This document shows, piece by piece, positions 28,243-37,935 of a stretch of DNA of 64,000 nucleotides. How positions within the stretch are numbered: position 1 is the first letter of the stretch; the number at the start of each line of letters is the position of its first letter. The stretch is from NCBI GenBank assembly GCA_963710165.1, contig CAVPYZ010000005.1, positions 153,447-217,446 on the forward strand, written 5' to 3'. The notes under the pieces were generated by a model. The model searched no databases, was not told where the DNA came from, and saw only the letters and a program-made list of their open reading frames with translations. The position numbers were made by a program, and so were the translations under genes. This stretch comes from an uncultured Alphaproteobacteria bacterium (GTDB taxonomy: Bacteria; Pseudomonadota; Alphaproteobacteria; Micavibrionales; Micavibrionaceae).

Positions 28243-29030
28243 CAATTTAGAATAATATGTTGGCCATCCTCGGGCAAAATAACTCTGCCGTGATATTTTT
28301 TCTCCAGCAAAGACTTAAACGTTTTTTCTTCTATATCAGACATTTTTGGAAGGTGAACCAAATATAGTGTTATATCGGGTAAATCTTTCAAAAGAGATTC
28401 CAGTTCCAGCCATGTCGTATGGCCTTTTGATTTTTGGATATCTCCGATTTCATTACATTCATGAACCAAAACATCATTATTTTTCAGTTCTGAATATATA
28501 GCCGGATTTATTTCTGTATCTCCTGAATAAACGAACATCTGCGAATTATTTTTTATTCTGAAGCCGTGACAAGGAACGCTATGTCTAACAGGGAAATATT
28601 CAAGTTCTTCTTTTTCTATCTTTATTTTTCCGCCGTCATCATTTAAAGAGTGGAAAATAACTTCAAACATGTCTGGATGGTTATAAATATCTAGTGCTTC
28701 AAACAAGTTTTGAACAGCTTGGATTGTCTCTTTATGAGCATAAAAGTTAAGAGCCATTTTTCGTTTTTGATTTATAGGCTTAAAATAGCATGACGTAAGC
28801 CATAACTGGTGCATAAAATTGCCGAGCGCGCCGATGTGATCAATATGGCGATGGGTTAAAAAGATATGCTCCAGTGATTCTAATGAAATTCCATGTTCAT
28901 CCAGTTTTTGAACACATTGACCATTACAATCGATTAAGATTTGCATTGAATTTTTTTCAATAAAAAGAGATGTATTATGCCTCTTTTGGCTAGTAATTGC
29001 GCCCCCTGTACCGAGTAAAATACATTTCAT
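28242..29030 (-). CDS. MBL-fold metallo-hydrolase (RNase Z / phosphodiesterase-like)
   Basis: 262 aa with THRHIDH (HxHxDH) and later His/Asp ligands (RHSVPCHG, SGDTE, HLP). It is AT-rich, about 35% GC on two hand-counted lines. Confidence 0.8.
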   Translation of the reverse strand: MKCILLGTGGAITSQKRHNTSLFIEKNSMQILIDCNGQCVQKLDEHGISLESLEHIFLTHRHIDHIGALGNFMHQLWLTSCYFKPINQKRKMALNFYAHKETIQAVQNLFEALDIYNHPDMFEVIFHSLNDDGGKIKIEKEELEYFPVRHSVPCHGFRIKNNSQMFVYSGDTEINPAIYSELKNNDVLVHECNEIGDIQKSKGHTTWLELESLLKDLPDITLYLVHLPKMSDIEEKTFKSLLEKKYHGRVILPEDGQHIILN

Positions 29031-29145
29031 AAAATAAGCCTGAACAATCTAAATCAAATATTTGTATTTTTATAAAAGTTTTGTTATTAAATGCATAGTT
29101 TTTATTAGGTAAATTTTTACTTTATAGAAATAATATGGGAGGCAT

Positions 29146-30060
29146 ATGACAAGTATAAAAATAATCGGCCATAGAGGGTATGGCGCGGACACGTTACAAA
29201 ACGCAGTTCCTGAAAACACATTACCATCTTTTCAAAAAGCGCTCGAAGCGGGCGCAGATGGTATTGAGCTTGATGTTTTTAAAACTCAAGACGGTCATCT
29301 TGTGGTTTACGGCAATAAAGAAATCAATGGAAAATTGATTGGCGAGCAAACCCTTGAAGATGTTCAATCAAATAAAACTTGGAACGGAGAACCTATCCCT
29401 ACTTTTGAGGATGTATTGGACACGGTTCTATCAGTTAATCCAGAAGCGATTATCAATGTAGAACTGAAAGGTTCGGGTGTCGTTGATGAAACTTTAGACG
29501 CCATTGCTAAGCGTGTAGACAAAGATGAGGTGCAGTTAGGCCAATTCCTATTCAGTGCTTTTGACTGGGATAAATTAAGGCTTGTAAAAGAGCGCGTGCC
29601 TGAGGCCAAAGTACAGCCAACTACGGCCACCGTTTTTATCTTTGACCAACAAAATGTTCAGATGCCTGGATATCATGTGCCTTTATCGACAGGCTATAAT
29701 GCCGCAGCACTGAATGAAGTTAGAAAAGTGAGTGAACTTCAAGAAGCGCACGCAATTGATGTTCCAACCTTTGATATCCGTGAAGAAATGCTTCATATGG
29801 CAGCAGAATTAGGATGTGGGTTTTGTACACATCCCACAGGACCTAGCAGGGAAGAAGATATTGCTATTTTTGTAGATAAACTGAGAATGCTTTCTCAGTT
29901 TGCTCAAGATACAGGGCTGCCTGTTTATCTTAAGGTTGATGATATTCCTTTGGCTGTCGAAATGGCCACTAAACTGAATGCGGGTGAAGAAATTTCAATG
30001 AATTCTGAAGATTTATATACCTTAACAGGTGAGCCGTGTGATCCGCTAGAGCCCATATAA
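29146..30060 (+). CDS. glycerophosphodiester-phosphodiesterase (GDPD)-like protein, catalytically atypical
   Basis: It has IIGHRGYG...PENTLPSF...GADGIELDV...INVELKG. The position of the usual xxHD motif reads VVYGN. Confidence 0.7.
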   Translation: MTSIKIIGHRGYGADTLQNAVPENTLPSFQKALEAGADGIELDVFKTQDGHLVVYGNKEINGKLIGEQTLEDVQSNKTWNGEPIPTFEDVLDTVLSVNPEAIINVELKGSGVVDETLDAIAKRVDKDEVQLGQFLFSAFDWDKLRLVKERVPEAKVQPTTATVFIFDQQNVQMPGYHVPLSTGYNAAALNEVRKVSELQEAHAIDVPTFDIREEMLHMAAELGCGFCTHPTGPSREEDIAIFVDKLRMLSQFAQDTGLPVYLKVDDIPLAVEMATKLNAGEEISMNSEDLYTLTGEPCDPLEPI

Positions 30061-30107
30061 TAAACATGCGACTTGCTCTTTCCTGATTTAGGGCATAATT
30101 TTAAGGT

Positions 30108-31817
30108 ATGAATAAAAACATGAAGCAGGTGGAGCTTGATCCCACAGATCCCTATGCGCGTACGGCGCAAACATTTCCGACATTAAGTGATCATCATGTT
30201 GAAAAATTAAAAGAATTTGGCGTTATTCGTAAGATGAAAAAAGGCGATAAGGTCTTTTCACGTGGAGAGCGCAGTGTTAATTTCTTTGTAGTAACCCAGG
30301 GTGAGCTAGGTATTTATGAGCAGGGTCGCCAAGGGGAGCGATTAATCCATGCGCATAAAGCCAAACAATTTACCGGTGAAATTGATTTATTTAATGATCG
30401 TAAAATTCTGGTTGATGGCAAGATGGATACGGACGGAGAAGTCATTTGTATTGATCGTCAGGATTTTCGCAAGATGATCACAGCCGAGCCGGATATTGGC
30501 GAGATCATCATCCGCGCCTTTATCTTGCGCCGTGTGGCGTTGATTTCTCATACAGAAGGGGCCGTGACCCTTATGCAAAAAGATCGCAATGCAGATGCTG
30601 TCAGGATTGAACGCTTTCTGCGTCGAAATGGCTATCCTGTAGAAGTTCTTCATTGTGATGATATGGAATGTGATGGGCTGATCAAGGAATATGATCTGAA
30701 AGACGATGATTATCCGGCAGTTCTGTTTCACGAGGGCGGTCAAATTTCCAAGAAACCCGATAATACAACATTGGCAGATATGTTGGGCTTGAAAGAACAT
30801 ATTGATTTTGATGAAGAGTTTGATGTGGCAATTATTGGCGGCGGGCCTGCAGGATTATCTTCGGCTGTTTATGCAGCGTCAGAAGGGTTAAAAACAATTT
30901 TACTTGAAGAGGAAGCACCGGGCGGACAAGCGGGAACCAGCTCGAAAATTGAAAATTATCTGGGCTTTCCAACAGGATTATCAGGGCAAGCTTTGGCGGG
31001 GCGCGCACAAATACAGGCCATGAAATTTGGCGCAAAAATTATTGTTCCCTACAAGGTCAATGACTTGAATTGTGAAAAAAGCCCGTTTCAAATTTCGTTA
31101 TGTGAGGGACATAAGCTTTCAGCAAAAAGTGTAATTGTCGCAAGCGGCGCAACTTATCGCACATTAAACCTTCCGAACTCCCGCGATTTTGATAATGCAG
31201 GTGTTTATTATGCCGCAACCGCGATGGAGGGGGAATTATGCTCCAATGAAGAAATCATAATTGTTGGCGGCGGGAACTCAGCGGGTCAGGCAGCTGTATT
31301 TTTAAGTAAATATGCAAAGCATGTTCATATTTTTGTGCGCGGTAAAACGCTTGCGGATAGTATGTCCGATTATCTTGTGACACGTATCGAAGCCTCTTCG
31401 AAAATTACATTGCACCGACAAACCGAAATATCAGAATTGAAGGGTGATAAGCATCTGAAACAGGTTAGAGTCAAAGATAAGGCTAATAATACGGAGGAAA
31501 TAGAAGATATTAAGCACGTTTTCCTAATGATTGGGGCTGTTCCCAATACAGACTGGTTGCAGGGATGCGTTGAACTGGATGCACGCGGTTTTGTTTGCAC
31601 AGGGGTTGAAATTGTCAATAGCACGTCATGGCCTTTGGAGCGCCCGCCGATGCTGCTTGAAAGTTCTCGTCCCGGTATTTTTGCCGTTGGTGATGTCCGT
31701 TCAGGTTCAGTCAAGCGCGTTGCATCCGGGGTTGGTGAAGGCGCAATGTCTGTCAGCCTTGTTCATAAATTCTTAAGCGAAATCGCGGAACATGAGGAAC
31801 AGGAAAAGGCAGCATAA
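30108..31817 (+). CDS. cNMP-binding domain fused to a thioredoxin-reductase-like FAD/NAD(P) oxidoreductase with no CxxC
   Basis: The N-terminus is a cNMP-binding fold (GDKVFSRGERSVNFFVV...FTGEIDLF). It has FAD motif AIIGGGPAGLSSAVYA, NAD motif IIIVGGGNSAGQAAVFL and GDVR. The site aligned to the TrxR CATCDG reads ATAMEG. Confidence 0.85.
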   Translation: MNKNMKQVELDPTDPYARTAQTFPTLSDHHVEKLKEFGVIRKMKKGDKVFSRGERSVNFFVVTQGELGIYEQGRQGERLIHAHKAKQFTGEIDLFNDRKILVDGKMDTDGEVICIDRQDFRKMITAEPDIGEIIIRAFILRRVALISHTEGAVTLMQKDRNADAVRIERFLRRNGYPVEVLHCDDMECDGLIKEYDLKDDDYPAVLFHEGGQISKKPDNTTLADMLGLKEHIDFDEEFDVAIIGGGPAGLSSAVYAASEGLKTILLEEEAPGGQAGTSSKIENYLGFPTGLSGQALAGRAQIQAMKFGAKIIVPYKVNDLNCEKSPFQISLCEGHKLSAKSVIVASGATYRTLNLPNSRDFDNAGVYYAATAMEGELCSNEEIIIVGGGNSAGQAAVFLSKYAKHVHIFVRGKTLADSMSDYLVTRIEASSKITLHRQTEISELKGDKHLKQVRVKDKANNTEEIEDIKHVFLMIGAVPNTDWLQGCVELDARGFVCTGVEIVNSTSWPLERPPMLLESSRPGIFAVGDVRSGSVKRVASGVGEGAMSVSLVHKFLSEIAEHEEQEKAA

Positions 31818-31821
31818 AAAT

Positions 31822-32166
31822 ATGATGGATGATGAAGATAAAGGGCTTCTGCTTCAAAGATACCCGGCAAGCACGACAATTTTTAAAGAGGGCGAGGAAT
31901 CAGAGCGTGCCTATTTTATTAAAGAAGGGCGTGTACGCATTCATCGTGACGGGAAAGATTTGGGAATTGCGGGGGCAGGCGATATTCTGGGCGAAATGTC
32001 GATGCTGAAAGGACAGCCCCATACCGCAACGGCAGATGCGCTAGAAAAAACCACGCTTGTAATCATTACAAAAGATATGCTGGAAGAGAAAATAGAACAT
32101 GCTGATCCCCTTATCCAAGCAATGATTAATGGTCTGATAAAACGCCTTTATAACGCACAAAGTTAA
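31822..32166 (+). CDS. stand-alone cNMP-binding domain protein
   Basis: The ATG lies 4 nt after the upstream stop. The protein is about 114 aa with EGEESERAYFIKEGRV...GEMSML...HTATADA. Confidence 0.75.
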   Translation: MMDDEDKGLLLQRYPASTTIFKEGEESERAYFIKEGRVRIHRDGKDLGIAGAGDILGEMSMLKGQPHTATADALEKTTLVIITKDMLEEKIEHADPLIQAMINGLIKRLYNAQS

Positions 32167-32205
32167 ATTTCATAAACTTGATAGACAGAAAATACGTATT
32201 GAGTG

Positions 32206-32230
32206 GGAACGCAAAATTAGATTGTGCGTT
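32206..32230 (+). promoter_or_regulatory. EcfG-type general-stress-response promoter candidate (GGAAC-N16-CGTT)
   Basis: GGAAC is at 32206-32210, followed by a 16-nt spacer and CGTT at 32227-32230. The motif ends 36 nt upstream of the YciE-like start codon. Confidence 0.55.
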
Positions 32231-32266
32231 ATATAGATATCCAACCTAAAACAATGAGGTAACATT

Positions 32267-32764
32267 ATGTCTATTAAAAACTTACAAGATTTATTCGAAC
32301 ATTTATTACAAGATATTTATTATGCCGAGAAGCAGATAAAGAAAACGCTTTCCAAAATGAAAGAACATGCAACAGATGAGAAGCTTGCTAATGCATTTGA
32401 AACGCATTTGGAAGAAACTGAAGAGCATATTTCTAAACTTGAAACTGTTTTTGATATGACAGGTTTTGAAAAAGACACTGAAAAATGTGAAGCAATCATA
32501 GGCTTGTTAAAAGAAGGTAATTCTTTAATCGAAGAATGCGAAAGCGGAAGTGTATGCGACGCGGCATTAATAGTTGCAGCGCAAAAAGTCGAGCATTATG
32601 AAATCGCATCTTATGGAGCACTTTGTAACATGGCCAAGCTATTAGGTGAGCAAGAGGCTGCAGAAATTTTGCATGAAATTCTTGAACAAGAAAAATCTGC
32701 AGATCAAAAATTGACAGATATGTCAGATTTTATCGAAGAAGAAGCTATGGCAAGAGCAGCTTAA
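32267..32764 (+). CDS. YciE/YciF-family (DUF892) ferritin-like stress protein
   Basis: 165 aa with LLQDIYYAEKQI and VEHYEIASYG, an all-helical pattern. Confidence 0.8.
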   Translation: MSIKNLQDLFEHLLQDIYYAEKQIKKTLSKMKEHATDEKLANAFETHLEETEEHISKLETVFDMTGFEKDTEKCEAIIGLLKEGNSLIEECESGSVCDAALIVAAQKVEHYEIASYGALCNMAKLLGEQEAAEILHEILEQEKSADQKLTDMSDFIEEEAMARAA

Positions 32765-32773
32765 TAGTATTTT

Positions 32774-32810
32774 AAAAGGGCTATCTGATTATAGATAGCC
32801 CTTTTATTTT
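32774..32810. terminator. bidirectional rho-independent terminator between convergent genes
   Basis: It reads AAAA-GGGCTATCT-GATTAT-AGATAGCCC-TTTTATTTT, a 9-bp stem. Confidence 0.8.
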
Positions 32811-32812
32811 AT

Positions 32813-33355
32813 TTATTTTTTGGATGTTTCTAAAGGTTCAAAATCTGACTCTGCCGTTTTAAGTGCGCCGTATTTACGGTCTTTTTCATTCCCTTTTGGA
32901 ATTACGCTCATCTCTCCATCTGTTTCAAGCAGCACAAGATGAATTTGATTTTGATCAGAATATCCGTTATTTCGAAACGCAGCCATTATTTCAACTTTTG
33001 TGATACGCTCTTTCTTCATTTCATTTTCGCGGTATTCGCCGTCATAAAATAAAATGGCTGGGCGAGATTTAATAAGGCTTTCAAATTTATCAGATCGCAC
33101 TGCCAACCACGCAATGATATATTGCATAAAAATAAGTATGGCGAGAGCTGTCATCCCGTCAACAATCGATGTGTCTTTGGAAGTGATAGCGGTTGCCAGA
33201 ACCGATCCGATAGAGATAGTCATAACAAAGTCGAACGCATTCATTTTTGTCAGCGTTCGCTTGCCAGCCACACGTAATAATATTACCAGTCCTGAAAAAC
33301 AGATAATACCTGTAATGATAATATTAAAAACTGAATCCCAACTATCAAACCACAT
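32813..33355 (-). CDS. DUF421 (YetF-like) membrane protein
   Basis: 180 aa with three N-terminal TM helices and a soluble C-terminal domain. It starts 27 nt downstream of the secA stop. Confidence 0.65.
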   Translation of the reverse strand: MWFDSWDSVFNIIITGIICFSGLVILLRVAGKRTLTKMNAFDFVMTISIGSVLATAITSKDTSIVDGMTALAILIFMQYIIAWLAVRSDKFESLIKSRPAILFYDGEYRENEMKKERITKVEIMAAFRNNGYSDQNQIHLVLLETDGEMSVIPKGNEKDRKYGALKTAESDFEPLETSKK

Positions 33356-33382
33356 AAGTTATAGATCTTTCGTTAAAACGTA

Positions 33383-36163
33383 TTATGAGAGCTTCCCGTG
33401 ACACTGTTTGAACTTCTTACCTGATCCACACGGGCAGGGCGCATTACGCGGCACTTTCCCCCATGTTTCAGGATTATTTTTATCGAAAGGCAGATTAGAG
33501 GTGATTGGTGTCACCACGGCGGTTTTCTGACCGGCCTGACGACGTTGTTGTCTGTTCATGCCGTCCATATCTTCCTGATCGGGAATTCCGGCACGCCCCG
33601 TTCCCATTAGGGCGGGATCTGTACGTGTCTCGACCGTCTGAACCTCGTCACGGTTTAGCATGAAGCCCGGCATGCCTGTTTCCTGATTAATTTCAACCAG
33701 ACTGAGAGTTTTTGTGACATTTTCGCGGAAATTATTCAGCATCAGTTCGAATAGTTCGAATGCTTCTGCTTTGAATTCATTTAGCGGGTCACGCTGTCCA
33801 TAGGCACGCAGATTAATACCCTGACGCAAGTGATCAAGTGCCAGCAAATGTTCTTTCCATTGCGTATCAAGGATTTGCAGAACAACGGCTTTTTCCATAC
33901 GACGGAAATAATCCGGCCCGATATTGGCAACTTTTTCCGCCATTTTCTTATCAGATTCGGCGACAAGGCGGTCTTCAATTTCCTGATCGGCGATTCCTTC
34001 TTCTTTTGTCCAGTCCGTAACAGGAACGTCTAGGCCAAGCGTTTCCTTGGTTTCAAGTGCCAAGCGCTCCACATTCCATTTATCGACATAACTGCCAAGT
34101 GGAATACAATCGGCGACCAGTTCGCTGATATAATCATGACGCAGTTCGCCGACCAGCTCTTCCACATGATCGGAATCCATAATATCGCGGCGTTGTTCGT
34201 AAATAACCTTACGTTGGTCATTCATCACGTCATCAAATTTTAAAATGTTCTTACGAATTTCAAAGTTTTGGGCTTCGACGCGCCCTTGGGCGCGTTCAAG
34301 CGCTTTTGAAATCCATGGATGGGTCAGGGCTTCGCCGTCCTGCAAACCGATATTTTTATTGGCAAGCAACATTTCCATTTTATCGGAGCCAAAAATACGC
34401 ATCAGATCATCGTCAAGGGAGAGGAAAAAGGCTGATCCACCGGGGTCACCCTGACGTCCTGCACGACCGCGCAACTGGTTATCAATACGACGGGATTCGT
34501 GACGTTCTGTCCCAACAATGAACAGCCCCCCCGCATCTTTCACGACTTCTTTTTCTACTTTAACTTCTTCACGTATTTTATTGATAAGGCTTTCTTTTTT
34601 ATCATCCGGCATATCGTCTTTGATTTCGACAGAGATGCGCATATCGGCGTCACCGCCCATTTTAATATCTGTTCCGCGACCCGCCATGTTTGTTGCGATT
34701 GTAACGGCACTGGGGCGACCCGCTTGTGACACGATATTGGCTTCTTGTTCGTGGTAACGTGCGTTCAAAACGCTGTGCTTAATTTTACGCTTTTTGAAGG
34801 CGGCAGAGAGTAATTCCGATTTTTCAACCGAAACGGTTCCGACCAGTACGGGCTGTTTATTTTCAACGCATTCTTCAACCAGTTCGGCAATGGCGTCGGC
34901 TTTCTCACCGAAACTTTTATAGATTTTATCTTCATGATCTACACGCGCTACGGGAACATTTGTCGGAATGGCAACAACGCCCAGATTATAAATTTCCGCA
35001 AATTCGGCGGCTTCTGTCATGGCTGTCCCTGTCATACCCGCCAGTTTCGGGTAAAGACGGAAGTAATTCTGGAAGGTGATGGAGGCGAGTGTCTGATTTT
35101 CATTTTGAACATCGACATTCTCTTTGGCTTCAATCGCCTGATGCAAACCGTCAGACAGGCGGCGACCCTCCATCATACGGCCTGTAAATTCGTCGATCAG
35201 CATGACTTTGCCGTTTTGAACCAGATAATCCTTGTCCTTCTGGAACAGGACATTGGCTTTCAAGGCGTTATTGACATGGTGGACGACATGAATATTTTGC
35301 AAATCATAAAGCCCGCCATCTTCAAGCAGGTTATGTTCCGCCAGAAGGTCTTCAATGCGTTCCTGACCATCTTCATTCAGGTTAACCGTACGCATTTTCT
35401 CATCAAGGTCGTAAAGATCTTTACTGATGCTGGGGATAATTTTGTTTACTTTTGTGTATAACTCTGTCGAGGTTTCGGCGGGGCCGGAAATAATCAGGGG
35501 TGTACGTGCCTCATCGATCAAAATCGAATCAACTTCATCGACAATTGCAAAGTTGAAATCGCGCTGGCTCATATCATCCAGTGAAAACTTCATATTATCG
35601 CGCAGATAATCGAAACCGAATTCGTTATTCGTACCATATGTGACATCAGCGGCATATGCGGCGCGGCGTTGCGCGTCATTCAGATCATTCAGAATACAAC
35701 CTGTTGTAAGCCCCAAGAATTTGTAAACTTCCCCCATCCATTCGGCGTCACGACGTGCGAGGTAGTCATTCACCGTCACAACATGTACGCCTTTACCGGA
35801 AATGGCGTTCAGATAACAAGCAAGTGTGGCGACAAGGGTTTTACCTTCTCCTGTTTTCATTTCTGCGATATGCCCGTCATTCAGCACCATTCCGCCGATC
35901 AGCTGGACATCGTAATGACGTTGACCAAGTGTACGTTTGGCGGCCTCACGCACGGTTGCAAATGATTCGTTCAATATATCTTTTAAATCAGCCCCATTTT
36001 CTAACTTTGCACGGAATTCGTTGGTTTTTGCAAGCAGCGCGGCATCATCAAGCTTTTCGAATTCAGCTTCCAGATCATTGATAGGCTGGACTCTTTGCTG
36101 GTATTTTTTAAGCTGGCGATCATTGCTGGAGCCAAATAGTTTTGTTGCAAGGTTGAGTAACAT
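33383..36163 (-). CDS. secA: preprotein translocase ATPase SecA
   Basis: 926 aa with MKTGEGKTL, a DEAD-like [19 protein letters not shown] and the C-terminal zinc motif [14 protein letters not shown]. Confidence 0.98.
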   Translation of the reverse strand: MLLNLATKLFGSSNDRQLKKYQQRVQPINDLEAEFEKLDDAALLAKTNEFRAKLENGADLKDILNESFATVREAAKRTLGQRHYDVQLIGGMVLNDGHIAEMKTGEGKTLVATLACYLNAISGKGVHVVTVNDYLARRDAEWMGEVYKFLGLTTGCILNDLNDAQRRAAYAADVTYGTNNEFGFDYLRDNMKFSLDDMSQRDFNFAIVDEVDSILIDEARTPLIISGPAETSTELYTKVNKIIPSISKDLYDLDEKMRTVNLNEDGQERIEDLLAEHNLLEDGGLYDLQNIHVVHHVNNALKANVLFQKDKDYLVQNGKVMLIDEFTGRMMEGRRLSDGLHQAIEAKENVDVQNENQTLASITFQNYFRLYPKLAGMTGTAMTEAAEFAEIYNLGVVAIPTNVPVARVDHEDKIYKSFGEKADAIAELVEECVENKQPVLVGTVSVEKSELLSAAFKKRKIKHSVLNARYHEQEANIVSQAGRPSAVTIATNMAGRGTDIKMGGDADMRISVEIKDDMPDDKKESLINKIREEVKVEKEVVKDAGGLFIVGTERHESRRIDNQLRGRAGRQGDPGGSAFFLSLDDDLMRIFGSDKMEMLLANKNIGLQDGEALTHPWISKALERAQGRVEAQNFEIRKNILKFDDVMNDQRKVIYEQRRDIMDSDHVEELVGELRHDYISELVADCIPLGSYVDKWNVERLALETKETLGLDVPVTDWTKEEGIADQEIEDRLVAESDKKMAEKVANIGPDYFRRMEKAVVLQILDTQWKEHLLALDHLRQGINLRAYGQRDPLNEFKAEAFELFELMLNNFRENVTKTLSLVEINQETGMPGFMLNRDEVQTVETRTDPALMGTGRAGIPDQEDMDGMNRQQRRQAGQKTAVVTPITSNLPFDKNNPETWGKVPRNAPCPCGSGKKFKQCHGKLS

Positions 36164-36294
36164 TCCGTTCCTTTATAAAATATGTCTCTTTCATATAGAC
36201 TCCATTCCATGTCAGGTCAATTTGACACTTGCATAGAGTTTCACACGCGGGTAAATATAGGGTGTAAATTTTTATCAGGAAAGAGATTATTGAA

Positions 36295-37425
36295 ATGAGT
36301 GAACAGAAAAAAACAGCTTCTGCAGAGACAAGAAACGAGCAAAAGGGCAAAAAATTCGGTGGAATGGTCTTCCTGACATTCGGACTTTTGATTGTCGCGG
36401 CAATTGCAGCCCTCGCTTTTGTCTCTAATACTGTGATTGCAGAACAAGATGGCACTGACGCGGCATCGGTTCAGACTTCTTCTGGTGACACAGGTACAAC
36501 AGAAAATAATACGCAAGCGTCAACTGAGACAGCCGAAAACGCGCAAGCCCAAGACGCTGCGCAGCCAAAGAAAGTTGAAATCAAGGACGCGAATGCTGAC
36601 CCCGTTGTGGCGAAGTTGGGGGATGAAGACATTAAACGCTCCGACGTGTTAATGTTCATTGCGCAGTTACCTGCACAGACCCGTCAACAACCGATTGACC
36701 AGCTTTTTCCGCTGGCTCTTGAGCAAACAATCAATGCCAGAATTTTGGAACGTGAAGCGAAAAAATCAAACGTTGCCAGCAGCGAAGATGTTGCCCAACA
36801 GGTAAAAGAAGCAAAACAGACAATAGATGAGCAAGTCAAAGCCGAAAAAGCCGAGATTGAAAAAAACATTGTACGTACAGCTTATGTTCAGCAACTTCTT
36901 GAAAAAGAAATAACGGATGAGCAGATAAAAAGCGAATATGACCAATATGTTGCCAGTTTCGCTGCGCAAGAAGAAGTTAAAGCGCGTCATATCTTGCTTG
37001 AAACAGAAGACGCCGCCAAAGCAGTGATTAAAAAGCTTGAAGAAGGCGCGAACTTCGAAGAGTTGGCCAAGTCTGAATCAACAGGCCCGTCCGCAACACA
37101 AGGCGGCGATCTGGGGTATTTTATTCAGGGGCAAATGGTTCCGGCATTTTCCGATGCGGCTTTTGCGATGGAAGCGGGTGATTATACAAAAACACCTGTT
37201 CAAACCGACTTTGGTTTTCACGTTATTAAAGTGGAAGATAAGCGTCAGACTCAGCCAGCACCGATGGAAGAGTTGAAGCCGTTTATCGAGCAGGAACTGA
37301 AGCGTAATGTCCTTGGTGATAAACTTCAGACATGGCGCAATGACTTGTCAATCGAGACGTATGACATTAACGGCGATCCTGTTGAAACCAGCACAAATGG
37401 GAATGCCGCAGAAAACGCAGGATAA
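36295..37425 (+). CDS. membrane-anchored parvulin-type peptidyl-prolyl isomerase (SurA/PpiD-like)
   Basis: It has an N-terminal TM helix. The PpiC domain reads ARHILL...GGDLGYF...FGFHVIKVEDKR. Confidence 0.85.
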   Translation: MSEQKKTASAETRNEQKGKKFGGMVFLTFGLLIVAAIAALAFVSNTVIAEQDGTDAASVQTSSGDTGTTENNTQASTETAENAQAQDAAQPKKVEIKDANADPVVAKLGDEDIKRSDVLMFIAQLPAQTRQQPIDQLFPLALEQTINARILEREAKKSNVASSEDVAQQVKEAKQTIDEQVKAEKAEIEKNIVRTAYVQQLLEKEITDEQIKSEYDQYVASFAAQEEVKARHILLETEDAAKAVIKKLEEGANFEELAKSESTGPSATQGGDLGYFIQGQMVPAFSDAAFAMEAGDYTKTPVQTDFGFHVIKVEDKRQTQPAPMEELKPFIEQELKRNVLGDKLQTWRNDLSIETYDINGDPVETSTNGNAAENAG

Positions 37426-37436
37426 ATAAAGTATTT

Positions 37437-37895
37437 ATGTCTTGTGAACAAGCATTAGAGAGCCCCGCACCGGACTCTCCCCCTATACAAAAAAAATTAA
37501 TTGTTGTAGCCGCCGCCCTGATCGATCAGGACGGCGCAGTGCTATGTACACAACGCCCCAAAGGAAAATGGCTGGAAGGGCAGTGGGAATTTCCTGGTGG
37601 TAAGGTTGAAGAGGGAGAAGTCCCCGAATTTGCCCTGATGCGGGAATTGCGCGAGGAACTGGCAATTGAAACCAGACCAACCTGTTTTACACCGCTCAGC
37701 TTTATCTCGCATATTTACGAAGATAAGAATACGCATGTTTTAATGCCGTTATATGCCTGTCGTGTTTGGAAGGGCACACCGCGCGGTGCAGAGGGGCAAA
37801 ATATGAAGTGGGTCAAACCAAATGATATGCACAAAATGGACTTTGTCGAGGCAGACATACCGCTTTTTTCAGTTTTGAGAGATTATATTGGATAG
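37437..37895 (+). CDS. mutT: Nudix hydrolase, MutT-like
   Basis: It has the Nudix box GGKVEEGEVPEFALMRELREELAI. Confidence 0.8.
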   Translation: MSCEQALESPAPDSPPIQKKLIVVAAALIDQDGAVLCTQRPKGKWLEGQWEFPGGKVEEGEVPEFALMRELREELAIETRPTCFTPLSFISHIYEDKNTHVLMPLYACRVWKGTPRGAEGQNMKWVKPNDMHKMDFVEADIPLFSVLRDYIG

Positions 37896-37935
37896 CGCCC
37901 TCGACGTGCCTTCTGTTTCATCTTAATATTTGTCT

